From Limnothrix sp. BL-A-16 (GTDB lineage Bacteria; Cyanobacteriota; Cyanobacteriia; CACIAM-69d): DNA of 64,000 bases. The stretch is from contig CP166615.1 in assembly GCA_041937175.2 (NCBI GenBank), forward strand, positions 3,200,001-3,264,000, read 5' to 3'. Made by a program: the position numbers and the translations under genes. Position 1 is the first letter of the stretch. The number at the start of each line of letters is the position of its first letter. Below are positions 22,894 through 33,657 of the stretch, in pieces. The notes under the pieces were generated by a model. That model did not search any database, was not told the DNA's origin, and was given only the letters and a program-made list of their open reading frames with translations.

Positions 22894-22951
22894 GCCGGCC
22901 GTGCTTGATACAATTGCCGACATCTGCAAATCACGCCAATCAGGTGAACCT

Positions 22952-23713
22952 ATGAGTGCAATGTCCCAACTGCAATCCGCCCTCGATCGCGGCCAAGCGC
23001 TGAAAGCGATCGCTGGTTTGAACAATTTCGACGGCGATCGGGTCGAAGCGATCGTCAAAGCAGCCGAGCTGGGCGGTGCAACCTTCGTGGACATTGCCGC
23101 CGACCCCGCCTTGGTGCAGCGGATCAAGGCGATCACCAGCCTGCCCGTTTGCGTGTCTGCCGTGGAACCCGCCAAGTTTGTGGACTGCGTGGCGGCCGGC
23201 GCTGACCTGATTGAAATCGGGAACTTCGACAGCTTCTATGCCCAAGGCATTCGCTTTGAAGCGGCTGAAGTGTTGGCCATGACCCAAGAAACCCGCCGCC
23301 TGCTGCCCGATGTGCTGCTGTCGGTGACGGTTCCCCACATTTTGGCCCTCGATGAGCAAGTGGCCCTGGCTGAAGCGCTGGTGGCCGCTGGCGCAGACAT
23401 CATCCAAACCGAAGGCGGCACCAGCAGCCAACCCGCCCACGCCGGTAGCCTGGGCTTGATCGAGAAGGCCGCTCCCACCCTGGCGGCTGCCTACGAAATC
23501 AGCCGCGCCGTGTCCGTGCAGGTGCTTTGCGCGTCGGGCATTTCGGCGGTGACGGCTCCCCTGGCGATCGCGGCGGGTGCTGCGGGCGTGGGCGTGGGTT
23601 CGGCCATCAACAAGCTGGACAACGAAATCGCCATGGTGGCTGCTGTTCGCTCGATCGTTGAGTCCCTGCAAACGGTGGCCACTGTGGGTGCTGGTTGCGG
23701 CATCGATCAGTAG
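22952..23713 (+). CDS. DUF561 / Ycf23-like TIM-barrel protein
   Basis: LKAIAGLNNFD, ATFVDIAAD, LIEIGNFDSFY, IIQTEGGTSS, VLCASGIS. Confidence 0.88.
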   Translation: MSAMSQLQSALDRGQALKAIAGLNNFDGDRVEAIVKAAELGGATFVDIAADPALVQRIKAITSLPVCVSAVEPAKFVDCVAAGADLIEIGNFDSFYAQGIRFEAAEVLAMTQETRRLLPDVLLSVTVPHILALDEQVALAEALVAAGADIIQTEGGTSSQPAHAGSLGLIEKAAPTLAAAYEISRAVSVQVLCASGISAVTAPLAIAAGAAGVGVGSAINKLDNEIAMVAAVRSIVESLQTVATVGAGCGIDQ

Positions 23714-23845
23714 ACCGTGATAGTCCCGAAATAGTCCCGATCGCCCCCTCATTGCCCAGGATGGCGGGCGATCGGGATTCAGCCTAAGCTCAGCCAGCAA
23801 CCTCACGGATAGCTGATTTTTCAAAAACCTCAAAAATGAGTACAG

Positions 23846-23872
23846 AAGCCGCCTCTCAAGGGTGGCTTTTTT
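23846..23872 (+). terminator. Rho-independent terminator after DUF561 gene
   Basis: AAGCCGCC-loop-GGTGGCTT followed by T-run. Confidence 0.6.
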
Positions 23873-23941
23873 GGTCTTGTTTTTCTGATTTGATAGGATC
23901 AGTTGCGATCGTCCACCCATTCAGCAACGGCGGGATCATTG

Positions 23942-26900
23942 ATGCTCACTCCTGATCAGCGGCGGGCAGCGGGAGCACCCCAGAGCGTGGCGGTGTTGGC
24001 GGGGGCCGGCACGGGCAAAACCCACATGCTGGCGGCGCGCTACCTGTACCATGTGACGGCGTTTGGCTACTCCCCGATCGAGGTTGTGGCGGTCACCTTC
24101 ACCCGCAAAGCGGCGGAGGAGTTGCGATCGCGCATTCGGCAGGATTTACAACAGCTTTTGGCTACCGAAGCCGCTGCCCTGGCCAGTGGCCATTCATCAG
24201 CTCTGACTAAGCTCTACGATCGCTGGCCGGGCTGTGACCTATTGGCGGATTTGGAAGCGGCAGCGGTTAATACGTTTCATGCCGTGGCGGGACAAATTTG
24301 CCGAGAACAAGCGCACCATTTAGAATTAGCGCCCAACTTCACGATTCAAGAGCCTTGGGAAACGAGTCTTTGGCAAAAGGAGCAGCTAGATTTGGCGTTG
24401 GATGAACTGCCAGAGGTTCATTACACCGCTGTGCCCTATTCCACGTTGCGCCCCATTTTGGAAGGATTATTAGCCGATCGCTACACGGCGGAACAGGCCT
24501 TAAAGCGCGATCGCACCGATTGGGAAACACAGGTCAAAATTTGGCGACAAGCAGCGCTCGATCGGCTGGTGAATGCTCCCGGTTGGCAATCGGCACAACA
24601 GTTTTTATCCCAATATGCTGGGAAGCCCGGAGACGGAGCCGAGGAAAATCGGCAGCGAATTTTGGAATTAATGGATGCGATCGCCCAAGATCGCAATTCC
24701 GATCAATGGGGCACTTGGGCAGGCGCTATTAATTTAAGTAAAGGTAGCCAAAAAAATTGGGACTCTAAACAAATTTTTGAATCCGTCAAGGAAGGAATTA
24801 AAACTACGCGAGATCAAATTAAACAGGCTCTGAAAGCAGGAGCCATTCTTTGCGAATTAGGAGAAGTTGACGATCGCTTTGAGGAGAAACTGAAAACCAT
24901 TCGTCAAGTCTATGTTTGGGTACGTTCTCGCTTGGAAGTGGCGAAAAAGCAAGCCCGGCTCATGGACTTTAGCGATTTGGAATGGTATGCCCTCAAGGCG
25001 TTGGAAATGCCAGAAGTTCAAGCCTACTATCATCAACGGTGGCAAGCATTTTTGGTGGACGAATTTCAAGATACAAATCCGGTGCAAAGTGCCTTGCTCG
25101 ATCGCCTGCAACACGATCGGGCAAAGGTGACGATTGTGGGCGACAGCAAGCAATCAATCTATCGATTTCGCCGGGCAGAAGTGGGGCTATTTCAAGATTG
25201 GTGCGATCGCCTGGCCCGGTCTGCCGAGGGCGATCGGGTCAGCTTGTCCCAGAGCTTCCGCACCCATCGGGATTTGGTGGCCGCTGGGAATGCGCTTTGT
25301 GAGCCGTTGTTGAACGAGTTGCACCAACCCTTGCGGGGCGATCGGGCGGAACCACCGCTCGATCGCCCCGTGACCCTGTTGGTATTGCAGGCCACCACCA
25401 AAGCGCAGAAGGTTGCGACCCGGCGGGTGGCCGAGGCCCAAGCGATCGGCCAACGATTGCGCGATTGGGTTGATCAGGGAGTCCTAATTTTCGATAAAGG
25501 CTTGGGAACCACACGCCCGCTGGCATTTCGCGACATTGCCATTTTGGGGCGCACCCATCGGCAACTGAGCATCATTGCCCAAACCCTGACAGCAGCAGGA
25601 TTGCCGGTAAATCTCTGCTCCGGTGATTTGCTGGATACCCGTGAGGCCCAGGATGGAACCGCTTTGCTGCGGTTTTTGGCGGATTCGCAAGATAGCGTGG
25701 CCCTGGTCACGATTTTGCGCAGTCCTTGGTTTGCGGTCAGCGATCGGGCCCTGTTTGCGGTCAGTCGCCAGTTTCCAGCGCCGGAACCCACTGCCCCTGA
25801 TGGATCCCCCGCCCCGCGCCGATCGCCCAATTGGTGGGCTGCTCTGCAAGATTTGCTCACCGATTCAGCAACTTTCAATCAGTTAGACGAGGGCGATCAA
25901 CAGGCCCTAAAACGGGCAGTGGCGCAGTTGCGGCGCTGGCGGGGCGATCGGCGGAGGGAACTGCCCTCCCAGTTGCTGCACCGAGCCGATCGGGCCACGG
26001 GCTACAGTGCCACGATCGCCAACCTACCGGACGGGGCCCGCCGCCTGCGGGATTGGCGCGACTTTGCCGACTGGATCGCCCAATTGGAGGAAGGGGTGGG
26101 CGACACCTTTGGCGTGGTGCGGCGGTTGCGACGCATTGAAACCGTGCGGCGGCTGAATTCTGGTGACCTGAAAACCCTCTTTGCCCGATCGCCCCTGGAA
26201 GCCGGGAACGCCATTGACCTGATGACCATCCATGCGTCCAAGGGGTTGGAATGGCCGGTGGTGGTGTTGCCGGATCTGAATCCCCAGCGAGATTTCCAAC
26301 AGTCAACTTCTTGGCGAATGAGTGCGGACTTGGGATTTGTGTTCCAGTGGCGTGACCAACCCCAGGGAGATTGGCAAATTCCAGCCCTGTGGCAATTGCT
26401 GGCAGCGGCCGATCGGGAAGCGGCCCAGGCAGAAACCCGCCGATTGTTGTACGTTGCCTTGACCCGGGCCCGCGATCGGTTGCTCCTGAGCGCCAATTTG
26501 CCTTGGCAGGAAGAAAAAGCCGAGAAGTCCGGCAAATCGAACCAATCCGAAACCAGCGAGGACGAAACGGGCGATCGCTTCCGGCCCTGGGATTGGGTGC
26601 AAGGGGTGGCCCAGGCCCAAGGCTGGTTGATCGACTGTGTGATGATCCCCGAAGGCTCGCCAGATTTTCCCGATCAACCCAATCAAGCTGATCGCCTCAG
26701 TCAAGCCGATCCCCAGAATCCAAACCATCCAACTGCCCCCGTCGATCGCCCCCAAATTACCACCGATCCTTGCTCGGAAAATGGTCAGCTCCTGTGGGGT
26801 TGGGTGTCTTCCGGCTTGGATGAATTACCCGTGGTGGCCCTCAGTGAATATGCACGCTGTCCCCGGCGGTTTGCTTGGCGCATGGTGGACGATCGCCCCC

Positions 26901-27484
26901 CCAGTGGTGACGGGCCCGCCCGATCGCGCCGAATTGGCACGTTGGTTCACCGGGCAATCGAACGGCGCATTCAAGATGTTGCCACCCTAGCAGCCCAAGA
27001 TCCCGGGTTAGATCTCGAAGCGGTCAGCGAAGCCCTGACCCTTGCCGATCGATTTTGGCAAGATCCCGCCTTGGCCCCCCTGAGTCACGATCCCCAAGCC
27101 CGGCAAGAATTGCCGATCGGGTTTGATTTAGCCCTGCCTCACGGTCAAACCTTACGGCTGAATGGGGTGGCCGATTGGGTGGGAACCGCCGGAGTTTTGG
27201 ACTTCAAGACCGATCGCGATCGCGTGCCCAGTGAGCACCGACTGCAACTGTGGGCCTATGCCCATGCCCTGGGAGTTGATCGGGCTGCGCTGGTGTATTT
27301 GCGCCATCCCGATCGCCCAATCGAATGGTTCACTCAATCCCAACTACAACCCCTGCAAGCCCAAGCGATTGAAGTAGCCCAACGAATTCGATCGGGGCAA
27401 TTTGACCCCACGCCGGGCCCCGCTTGTCGGTTTTGTCCTTACCAAGACACCTGCGATGCGGCTCTACGGGACATTTCAACCTAG
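23942..27484 (+). CDS. UvrD/AddA-like SF1 helicase fused to a C-terminal PD-(D/E)XK nuclease
   Basis: AGAGTGKT, VDEFQD, VGDSKQSIYRFR, TIHASKGLEWP, LLYVALTRA; C-terminal CPRRF...DFKT...CRFCPYQDTC. Confidence 0.9.
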   Translation: MLTPDQRRAAGAPQSVAVLAGAGTGKTHMLAARYLYHVTAFGYSPIEVVAVTFTRKAAEELRSRIRQDLQQLLATEAAALASGHSSALTKLYDRWPGCDLLADLEAAAVNTFHAVAGQICREQAHHLELAPNFTIQEPWETSLWQKEQLDLALDELPEVHYTAVPYSTLRPILEGLLADRYTAEQALKRDRTDWETQVKIWRQAALDRLVNAPGWQSAQQFLSQYAGKPGDGAEENRQRILELMDAIAQDRNSDQWGTWAGAINLSKGSQKNWDSKQIFESVKEGIKTTRDQIKQALKAGAILCELGEVDDRFEEKLKTIRQVYVWVRSRLEVAKKQARLMDFSDLEWYALKALEMPEVQAYYHQRWQAFLVDEFQDTNPVQSALLDRLQHDRAKVTIVGDSKQSIYRFRRAEVGLFQDWCDRLARSAEGDRVSLSQSFRTHRDLVAAGNALCEPLLNELHQPLRGDRAEPPLDRPVTLLVLQATTKAQKVATRRVAEAQAIGQRLRDWVDQGVLIFDKGLGTTRPLAFRDIAILGRTHRQLSIIAQTLTAAGLPVNLCSGDLLDTREAQDGTALLRFLADSQDSVALVTILRSPWFAVSDRALFAVSRQFPAPEPTAPDGSPAPRRSPNWWAALQDLLTDSATFNQLDEGDQQALKRAVAQLRRWRGDRRRELPSQLLHRADRATGYSATIANLPDGARRLRDWRDFADWIAQLEEGVGDTFGVVRRLRRIETVRRLNSGDLKTLFARSPLEAGNAIDLMTIHASKGLEWPVVVLPDLNPQRDFQQSTSWRMSADLGFVFQWRDQPQGDWQIPALWQLLAAADREAAQAETRRLLYVALTRARDRLLLSANLPWQEEKAEKSGKSNQSETSEDETGDRFRPWDWVQGVAQAQGWLIDCVMIPEGSPDFPDQPNQADRLSQADPQNPNHPTAPVDRPQITTDPCSENGQLLWGWVSSGLDELPVVALSEYARCPRRFAWRMVDDRPPSGDGPARSRRIGTLVHRAIERRIQDVATLAAQDPGLDLEAVSEALTLADRFWQDPALAPLSHDPQARQELPIGFDLALPHGQTLRLNGVADWVGTAGVLDFKTDRDRVPSEHRLQLWAYAHALGVDRAALVYLRHPDRPIEWFTQSQLQPLQAQAIEVAQRIRSGQFDPTPGPACRFCPYQDTCDAALRDIST

Positions 27485-27488
27485 GCCA

Positions 27489-29474
27489 TTACCGAGAACT
27501 GGGGCGATCGCGTGGCACATCCCCCGCCAAGGAAGATGGTTGCCGGATTGCCTCATAGGGCAGCGCCACAATTCGATCGCGCCCTTGCTGTTTGGCTTCG
27601 TATAGGGAGCGATCGGCCCCAGTAATTAAATCAGAAATTTCATCCCCCGACTGGGGAATATGGCTCATGATCCCAATGCTTAAAGTCACGTGGCTACTGA
27701 CCTGAGAACCCCTGTGGGGAATCGCCAACTGATGAATTTGACCGCGAATTTGATGCGCTAATTGCACCGCTTCCACTAGCGTTGTATTTGGCAGCAAAAT
27801 TGCAAATTCTTCGCCCCCATAACGTGCCGCCAAATCACTACTGCGGCGGGCATGTTCCCGAAGCACTTGCGCGATCGCCACCAAGCATTGATCGCCCATG
27901 AGGTGGCCATAGGTATCATTATATTTTTTAAAATAATCCGCATCACAGAGCATCAAAGACAAGGGTTGGGTCGATCGCAAACATCGATTCCACTCCGATC
28001 GCAGCACTTCATCAAAGTGGCGACGATTGGCAATTTGCGTTAAGCCATCAATGCGAGCTTGGTGAGCCAACTGCAATTCCAGCCGCTTGCGATCGGTAAT
28101 ATCCATCACTAAAAACCCAACACGATAGGGCTGATCATGCATATCAAAAATTGGAAAATAGGACACCAACCAGGTATTTTCAATGCAGGATTGAGCAGGC
28201 GACTGGGCACTAATTTCCTGATTCAAAATCGAATCACCCGTTGTGAAGACCGCTTGAAACAGTGGCTCCAGATTTGATCGCAACCCAGGAACCACATCCC
28301 AGATTGAACGCCCCAAATGTCCCGATTCCGGTAAGCCATTAATCTTCGCCAATACCTGATTCACCCGCACATAGCGATAGTGATGATCAATAATTCCCAT
28401 CCCCCAAGGGGCTGCTGAAAAAAACGCATCCAGTTGCGCTTCACTCAACCGCAAGTCAGCGGTGCGCTCTTCAATCCTGATTTCCAGCGTCTCCAGCATT
28501 TGCACCAAATCTGACCGAATGGCTTGGCGCTCTTGAACCGTTGCCGACAAAATTAGCCCCGTAATCGAAAGAATCCCGACAAAGGATTGCAACAGAATAA
28601 TGGATTCATTGGGCGTGCGATCGGAGAAGGATCCTGTTCCTTGGGAAGTGGAAATAATTGCTGCCAAGGAAATGATCGCCACTCCCAATGCTGAAACCAG
28701 TTCTCCCAAGCGAAAAACACTCCAAATCAAAATCGCAAAGAGAACGTAAGCCAAAGGATAGCCATAAAAAAAGTCAATCCAAACAATGGCTGCGGTGAAA
28801 ACCACAATGGCACTACTTTCAAAAGTCCAGCCCATTGCCCGATTCAAGCTTGCAAAAATCTGTTGCCATCCCAATTCTTTTAACAATAAAATGGGAGGAG
28901 TAAAGATGAGATGGGCCAAGGTACTCGCCAGCCACCAGGACAACCAGCAAACCCCGTAGTCTTTCCAGGCGATCGTGCCAATCCAATAGGAAATGGTGAT
29001 GCCCATAGTGGCAGAAACAAAGGGCCCGGCAGCCGCAGCCATCACAAAAAATGACGCAGATTGGACTCGATTCAAGGCGCGATCGCGCATGGCTTTTTTC
29101 TGAAAAACCCAGGTGCTAATTAAGGGTTGGAAGCAGTTGGCTAGAGTGCAAACTAAGTTTAAAAGAATAAAACTAGCGAAAGGAAATTTCCAATCAAATA
29201 ATAGCGGAATCAAGCCAAACATCGATCCGCAAATAATTCCAGGAATTGCTTTAAATCGGTAATAGTAAAAAATTGCGAAGGTAAATCCCGAGGGTAACCA
29301 AACTGAAGCAACCTTACCCGGCAAGGAGATAAATTCTAAGCTAATGGCTGCCAAGATAGAGTAAACAACGGCGATCGCTAGGTTAGCGCTAACAACCTTG
29401 AGAGAGTCTTGTCCAGAAAGATGCTGGCGATCAGAATCAATCTCATTGAGAATTCGTTGCCAAAATTTTCTCAT
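27489..29474 (-). CDS. MASE1-PAS-GGDEF diguanylate cyclase
   Basis: Multi-TM N-terminus (VWLPSG, WWLAS), PAS-like region ending DITDRKR, RRSSD I-site and RYGGEEF. Confidence 0.9.
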   Translation of the reverse strand: MRKFWQRILNEIDSDRQHLSGQDSLKVVSANLAIAVVYSILAAISLEFISLPGKVASVWLPSGFTFAIFYYYRFKAIPGIICGSMFGLIPLLFDWKFPFASFILLNLVCTLANCFQPLISTWVFQKKAMRDRALNRVQSASFFVMAAAAGPFVSATMGITISYWIGTIAWKDYGVCWLSWWLASTLAHLIFTPPILLLKELGWQQIFASLNRAMGWTFESSAIVVFTAAIVWIDFFYGYPLAYVLFAILIWSVFRLGELVSALGVAIISLAAIISTSQGTGSFSDRTPNESIILLQSFVGILSITGLILSATVQERQAIRSDLVQMLETLEIRIEERTADLRLSEAQLDAFFSAAPWGMGIIDHHYRYVRVNQVLAKINGLPESGHLGRSIWDVVPGLRSNLEPLFQAVFTTGDSILNQEISAQSPAQSCIENTWLVSYFPIFDMHDQPYRVGFLVMDITDRKRLELQLAHQARIDGLTQIANRRHFDEVLRSEWNRCLRSTQPLSLMLCDADYFKKYNDTYGHLMGDQCLVAIAQVLREHARRSSDLAARYGGEEFAILLPNTTLVEAVQLAHQIRGQIHQLAIPHRGSQVSSHVTLSIGIMSHIPQSGDEISDLITGADRSLYEAKQQGRDRIVALPYEAIRQPSSLAGDVPRDRPSSR

Positions 29475-29912
29475 CGTTTCATGGGTCTCTTGATGTTTAT
29501 ATACATGTCAATGCATATAACAGATTTGCAATATTTTAAGTTTACAACTTTTGTCTTATAGATTAATGATCATAAATCCAAAAAAATCAATGGGAAGATT
29601 GTTTTTTTGATCAAATAGATTTTTTCATAAATTTGATTCAAAAATCTGATCTGATAAACACAATCTTAAGGGCCTTGAAAATACGCGATCGCGTAGCGTT
29701 GACCCACCTTGGAAAAAGCACGAAAGAAATGAAAATCCTTAAGAATTTCACCTATTTTTACCCATTGTCGATCCCAAGATCACCAGCCTAAGATAGGCGT
29801 TGCGTTTATACAGCATCCAGCGCTGCATTCTGGTTAACGAATTAACGAAACGTTGACCGAATGCCGATGGATTGTTCACGGAAGTCCTCGATCGAGCAAC
29901 AAGGACATTTTT

Positions 29913-30593
29913 ATGAAATCAATGATTGGACTGGGTTTTGCGAAAACATTGGTTGTCACCCTGCTGACAACGGGGGTCGCCCTGCCGGCGGTGGCGCTTC
30001 CGGTGGCCACAGCCCACAGGGCAACTGCCGCGCAGACCGACAAACAAACCCAAAAGAAGCGGATTGTGGTGCTGGATTTTTATTACGGCAACACGGGTGA
30101 CACGGGCTATTGGTCAAGCTACCGGGGCGGCGCTGCGGGCACGGGGGTGAGCGAGTTGGTGACCAATGCACTGGTGGATGGGGGTAAATATCGGGTGGCC
30201 GATCGCAGCCAGGTGGCCCGCACGAACGGAGAAGTGAGCACGGCGCAGGCGGTGGAAATTGGCAAGGTCAACGGGGTGGATGCGGTGATCATTGGCACGG
30301 TGACGCAATTCACGGTGGAAAGTCGGCGGGCCAGTGGGGGCGCTTTTGGCATTGGCGGCAACTCGGAAGAGACGATCGCCCGGGTGAAGTTGTCGGCCCG
30401 CATTGTGGACACGGCCACGGGTGATATTTTGGGCACGGCGCGGGGTGAAGCGGAGGCCAGTTCCCGCAGCGGTGGCGGCTCGGTGTTTGGCGTTGGTGGC
30501 AGCAGTAGCAGCGCCGATGGCAACGCCCTGTTAAGCAAGGCCGTCGAAGAGGCTGCTGGTAAACTGGCAACGGATATTCAAGCGAAGTTTTAA
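29913..30593 (+). CDS. CsgG/HfaB-family secreted protein
   Basis: Signal-like N-terminus, KKRIVVLDF, LVDGGKYRVADRS, GVDAVIIGTVTQF, ARIVDTATGDI. Confidence 0.8.
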   Translation: MKSMIGLGFAKTLVVTLLTTGVALPAVALPVATAHRATAAQTDKQTQKKRIVVLDFYYGNTGDTGYWSSYRGGAAGTGVSELVTNALVDGGKYRVADRSQVARTNGEVSTAQAVEIGKVNGVDAVIIGTVTQFTVESRRASGGAFGIGGNSEETIARVKLSARIVDTATGDILGTARGEAEASSRSGGGSVFGVGGSSSSADGNALLSKAVEEAAGKLATDIQAKF

Positions 30594-30692
30594 GCGGCTT
30601 GGGCGAATCTTGTGCGCTGGTGCTAACCGATGCTCCCAAATAGGGATCCAAACCGATCGCCCTGTTCCATAACTCTTAGCCCATGACTCTTA

Positions 30693-31089
30693 GAGGGGGC
30701 CTGAAAAGCCAAAACTGCCACCTTGCGGGTCTCATCGATCGACGAAGACAAGGGGCTTAGGGCCTCGCGTCGTTTAACCCGAAACCCTAGATCTGCCGTT
30801 AGCGGATCTCGTGGGGGGCAAGGGGCTTAAGCCCCTTGTTACGACGATTAGGGCAGGGAAGATCAACCGTTTCAGCATCACCTCGAAACATGACGACTCC
30901 CCTAGGGCGTGTCGTCAAATCGCCTGAAACCCTGATTCCACCGTTGGCAGATCGTGAGGGACAAGGGGCTTGAGCATCTTGTTACAACAACTGGGACATA
31001 GAAAATCAATCGTTTTCACCTGATCCTAGGAAATGACGACACGCCCTAAGCCCCTTGCCCCCACGACTAGATGCTTTTCAGACATCCTC
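30693..31089. mobile_element. Composite MITE: outer element (TIR GAGGGGGCCTGAAAAG / CTTTTCAGACATCCTC, TTA duplication) holding two tandem ~142-bp inner MITEs (30760-30902, 30905-31046) at the palindrome centre
   Basis: TTA at 30690-92 and 31090-92; inner perfect TIR GGGCGTGTCGTCA/TGACGACACGCCC flanked by TA. Confidence 0.85.
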
Positions 31090-31096
31090 TTAATCC

Positions 31097-32638
31097 ATGG
31101 CGAAATCGTCGTTTCGATCGCGCCGATCGGGGTTTGCTTCTCGCCTGCCGCCGGTCTCGCCCCCTGCCCTGCCGCCCGAGTCTGCCCCACCGTCTCCTGT
31201 CCCGGTGCAGGAACCTGTTACGGCCCTCGCGCCGCTGGCCAATCCCTGGCAACTGACTTGGGGCCATGACTTAGCGCGATCGGGCGATTGGGACGGTGCG
31301 GCGATCGCCTATGGTCAAGCCTTGGCAACCTACCCGGGAGATGGGTTAGCGGCGTTGGCGTTGGCACGGGTGGAACTATGGCGCGATCGGCCCGCTGCGG
31401 CCTGGGCCGTTTTGGAACCCCTGTTGCCCCAATGGCCCAGCGCCGGGCCCCTGCTGCTGACGGCCAGCCAAGCCCAAGCGGCCCAAGGAGAACTGGCCCT
31501 GGCGGAAGATTTGGCATTGCGGGCCTGGTTGGCGAATCCCGATCGCCCGGAAGCTCGCCGTTGGTTAGCCCAGCTCGATCGCCTAGCTCATTCCCCCTTT
31601 CAGCTCATCGATAGCTGGCGGGGGCGACTGGCGGATCATTGGCTTTGGGCCCTGGCCGATCGGTTGGGCCATCAAGAACAGCTCACCCGTCTGGAAACCC
31701 CGACCCCCTTGGACGATCGCCCCTTTGCGGCCCAGGTGGAGAATGGATCCCTCTGGCATTGGCGAGGAATGGTGGGGGTGTTTGATGCCCAGCAACGGTT
31801 AATTTTGGAACTCTCCGATGGGGCCTTGCCCCATTGGTTGCAGACGCAGCCGCCCAGGCCCATGCCAACCGTGCAGGTGGCGGGTCGGGTGGCGGTGGTG
31901 GCCAGCGGTGCAGGGGATGCGATCGACCGTTGGTTTCAAGAACTGTTGCCCCGGCTTCAGGTTTTGCAAAGCTTGGAATCGGAGGGGGGAGCCTTTTGGG
32001 AACCCTTCGCGGCGATCGTGGTCGATCGTTTGGCCCATCCTTGGCAACGGGAAACCCTCGATCGCCTGGGCATTCCCCCCGATCGACTGCTGGAACTCGA
32101 TCAACACCTGCAAATCCAAGCCGACAGCCTGATTGTGCCGCGCCGCTTTAACGGCCCTTCCAGCTATGGGGTAGCGGCGCTGCGGGAATTGGGAGAAAGT
32201 TTTGAGCGATCGGCCCTGGTTGGGTTTCGGCGCAGTTTGCCAAGCTGCCGCCGTTGGGTGCTTTGTGCCAGTGATGGGCGCGATCGCCCTTGGTTAAACG
32301 GCCCCGCCGTGGCCCAAGACTTGGCCCGTTGGGGGTTCAGCTTGCTAGATCCGGCCGCCTGCTCGTTGGCGGAATTAATAGCAATCTTTCAAACGGCAGA
32401 GGCGATCGTCTCTCCCAGTCATCCAGCCCTGGCCCTGTTGCCCCTTTGCCCAGCGGACACGATCATCCTGGAAGTTGGCTCCCGCACCTATCAACCCTTG
32501 GCACAACTGGCAGGACTTCAGGGGCGATCGATCCCTGCGGAACCCGCACCCCCAGGCAACGCCAGCCCAGTGCTTTGGGTGCGATCGGCCGAAGTGCGAG
32601 CCGTGCTAGCTCGTTGTTTGCGGGGCTTGCGGGTTTAG
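31097..32638 (+). CDS. TPR-containing glycosyltransferase family 61 (DUF563)-like protein
   Basis: TPR-like helices, then (degenerate) RWFQELLPRL, WQRETLDRLGIP, FQTAEAIVSPSH, IILEVG. Confidence 0.7.
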   Translation: MAKSSFRSRRSGFASRLPPVSPPALPPESAPPSPVPVQEPVTALAPLANPWQLTWGHDLARSGDWDGAAIAYGQALATYPGDGLAALALARVELWRDRPAAAWAVLEPLLPQWPSAGPLLLTASQAQAAQGELALAEDLALRAWLANPDRPEARRWLAQLDRLAHSPFQLIDSWRGRLADHWLWALADRLGHQEQLTRLETPTPLDDRPFAAQVENGSLWHWRGMVGVFDAQQRLILELSDGALPHWLQTQPPRPMPTVQVAGRVAVVASGAGDAIDRWFQELLPRLQVLQSLESEGGAFWEPFAAIVVDRLAHPWQRETLDRLGIPPDRLLELDQHLQIQADSLIVPRRFNGPSSYGVAALRELGESFERSALVGFRRSLPSCRRWVLCASDGRDRPWLNGPAVAQDLARWGFSLLDPAACSLAELIAIFQTAEAIVSPSHPALALLPLCPADTIILEVGSRTYQPLAQLAGLQGRSIPAEPAPPGNASPVLWVRSAEVRAVLARCLRGLRV

Positions 32639-32755
32639 CGCCGCAATTTGCAGGCTAATGCTCAGGCGGAGCGCCGCAATACCCATCCAAAACGCCCACC
32701 CAAAACGCCCGTCAAAATCCATCAACACTGCTCAAAATCGAGCAACAATGCAGTA

Positions 32756-33657
32756 GACCTCTTGCACGAATCAAATTGGATGCATTGCCTGGTAGTTGAG
32801 CAACCCAGCTAACAGATGGAGCCTCAAGCCAAAACGGCGACGACGATTGCGATAGCGTCCTGAGAAAATCCGAAATCGCTTCAAGCGACGAATGGCATGC
32901 TCAATCCGAATGCGCACCGCAGCCAACGCCTGATTGCAAGCTTTTTCCACCTCCGGCAGAGACTTTCGAGGTGGTTTCCGTTTCGGGAGGATCGTGGCCT
33001 CATGGTGACGAGCTAGCCCTTGATACCCACTATCCGCTAGACACAGCCGGTCTGGAGCTAAACGAAAAGCACTCTCACGCCAAAGCCGCAGGTCATGGGT
33101 GCGACCTCGACCCATCGCCGCGGCCAGGAATTGACCGGAGCGCCAATCAATCACCAATTGCCCTTTCAGCGTATGTTGCTTCTGCTTGCCGCTGTAGTAA
33201 GCACGCTGTTTTTTTTGGGTCGTTCAATGGCGACTTCGGTCACATCAATCACCACTACTGACTCATCAGCCTCGGGGTCTAAGAGGCGGCGTTTGCCGGG
33301 CAACGCAAACCGACCACTTTTGACCAAGACAGTCTCAACGCGGTTGATGATCCGACAGACGGTCGCTTCTGAGACCCCGAAATCAAGACCGATATGGAAT
33401 TGGGTGCGATACTCGCGCCAGTATTGCAGGGTCAGCAGGAGTTGATTCTCCACGCTGAGGCTATTTTGTCCACCGCGTTTGCCGCTACGGTCGAGGGCGG
33501 GACGGAGGACATCGAGCATGGCTTGGAAGGTAGAGCGACTGAAGCCACAAGCGCGGCGAAATTGCGATGGGGGAAGTGATGCAAGGTTTTCGTAGAGCAT
33601 CTCCCAGGGATGGTGACGACGACTTTCTACATTACTCCTTTATTCGTGCAAGAGGTC
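32756..33657 (-). mobile_element. Complete IS5-family insertion sequence (ISL2/IS702-like), 902 bp
   Basis: 16-bp perfect TIR GACCTCTTGCACGAAT / ATTCGTGCAAGAGGTC, TA on both sides, transposase inside. Confidence 0.93.
32771..33600 (-). CDS. IS5-family DDE transposase in two frames joined by a probable -1 frameshift at an A8 run (33209-33216)
   Basis: ORF A (HTH, LLLTLQYWREYRT, VIDVTE..IERPKK) and ORF B (YYSGK..HTLK, LADSGYQG, RIRIEH, KRFRIFSGRYRNRRRRFGLR). Confidence 0.9.
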
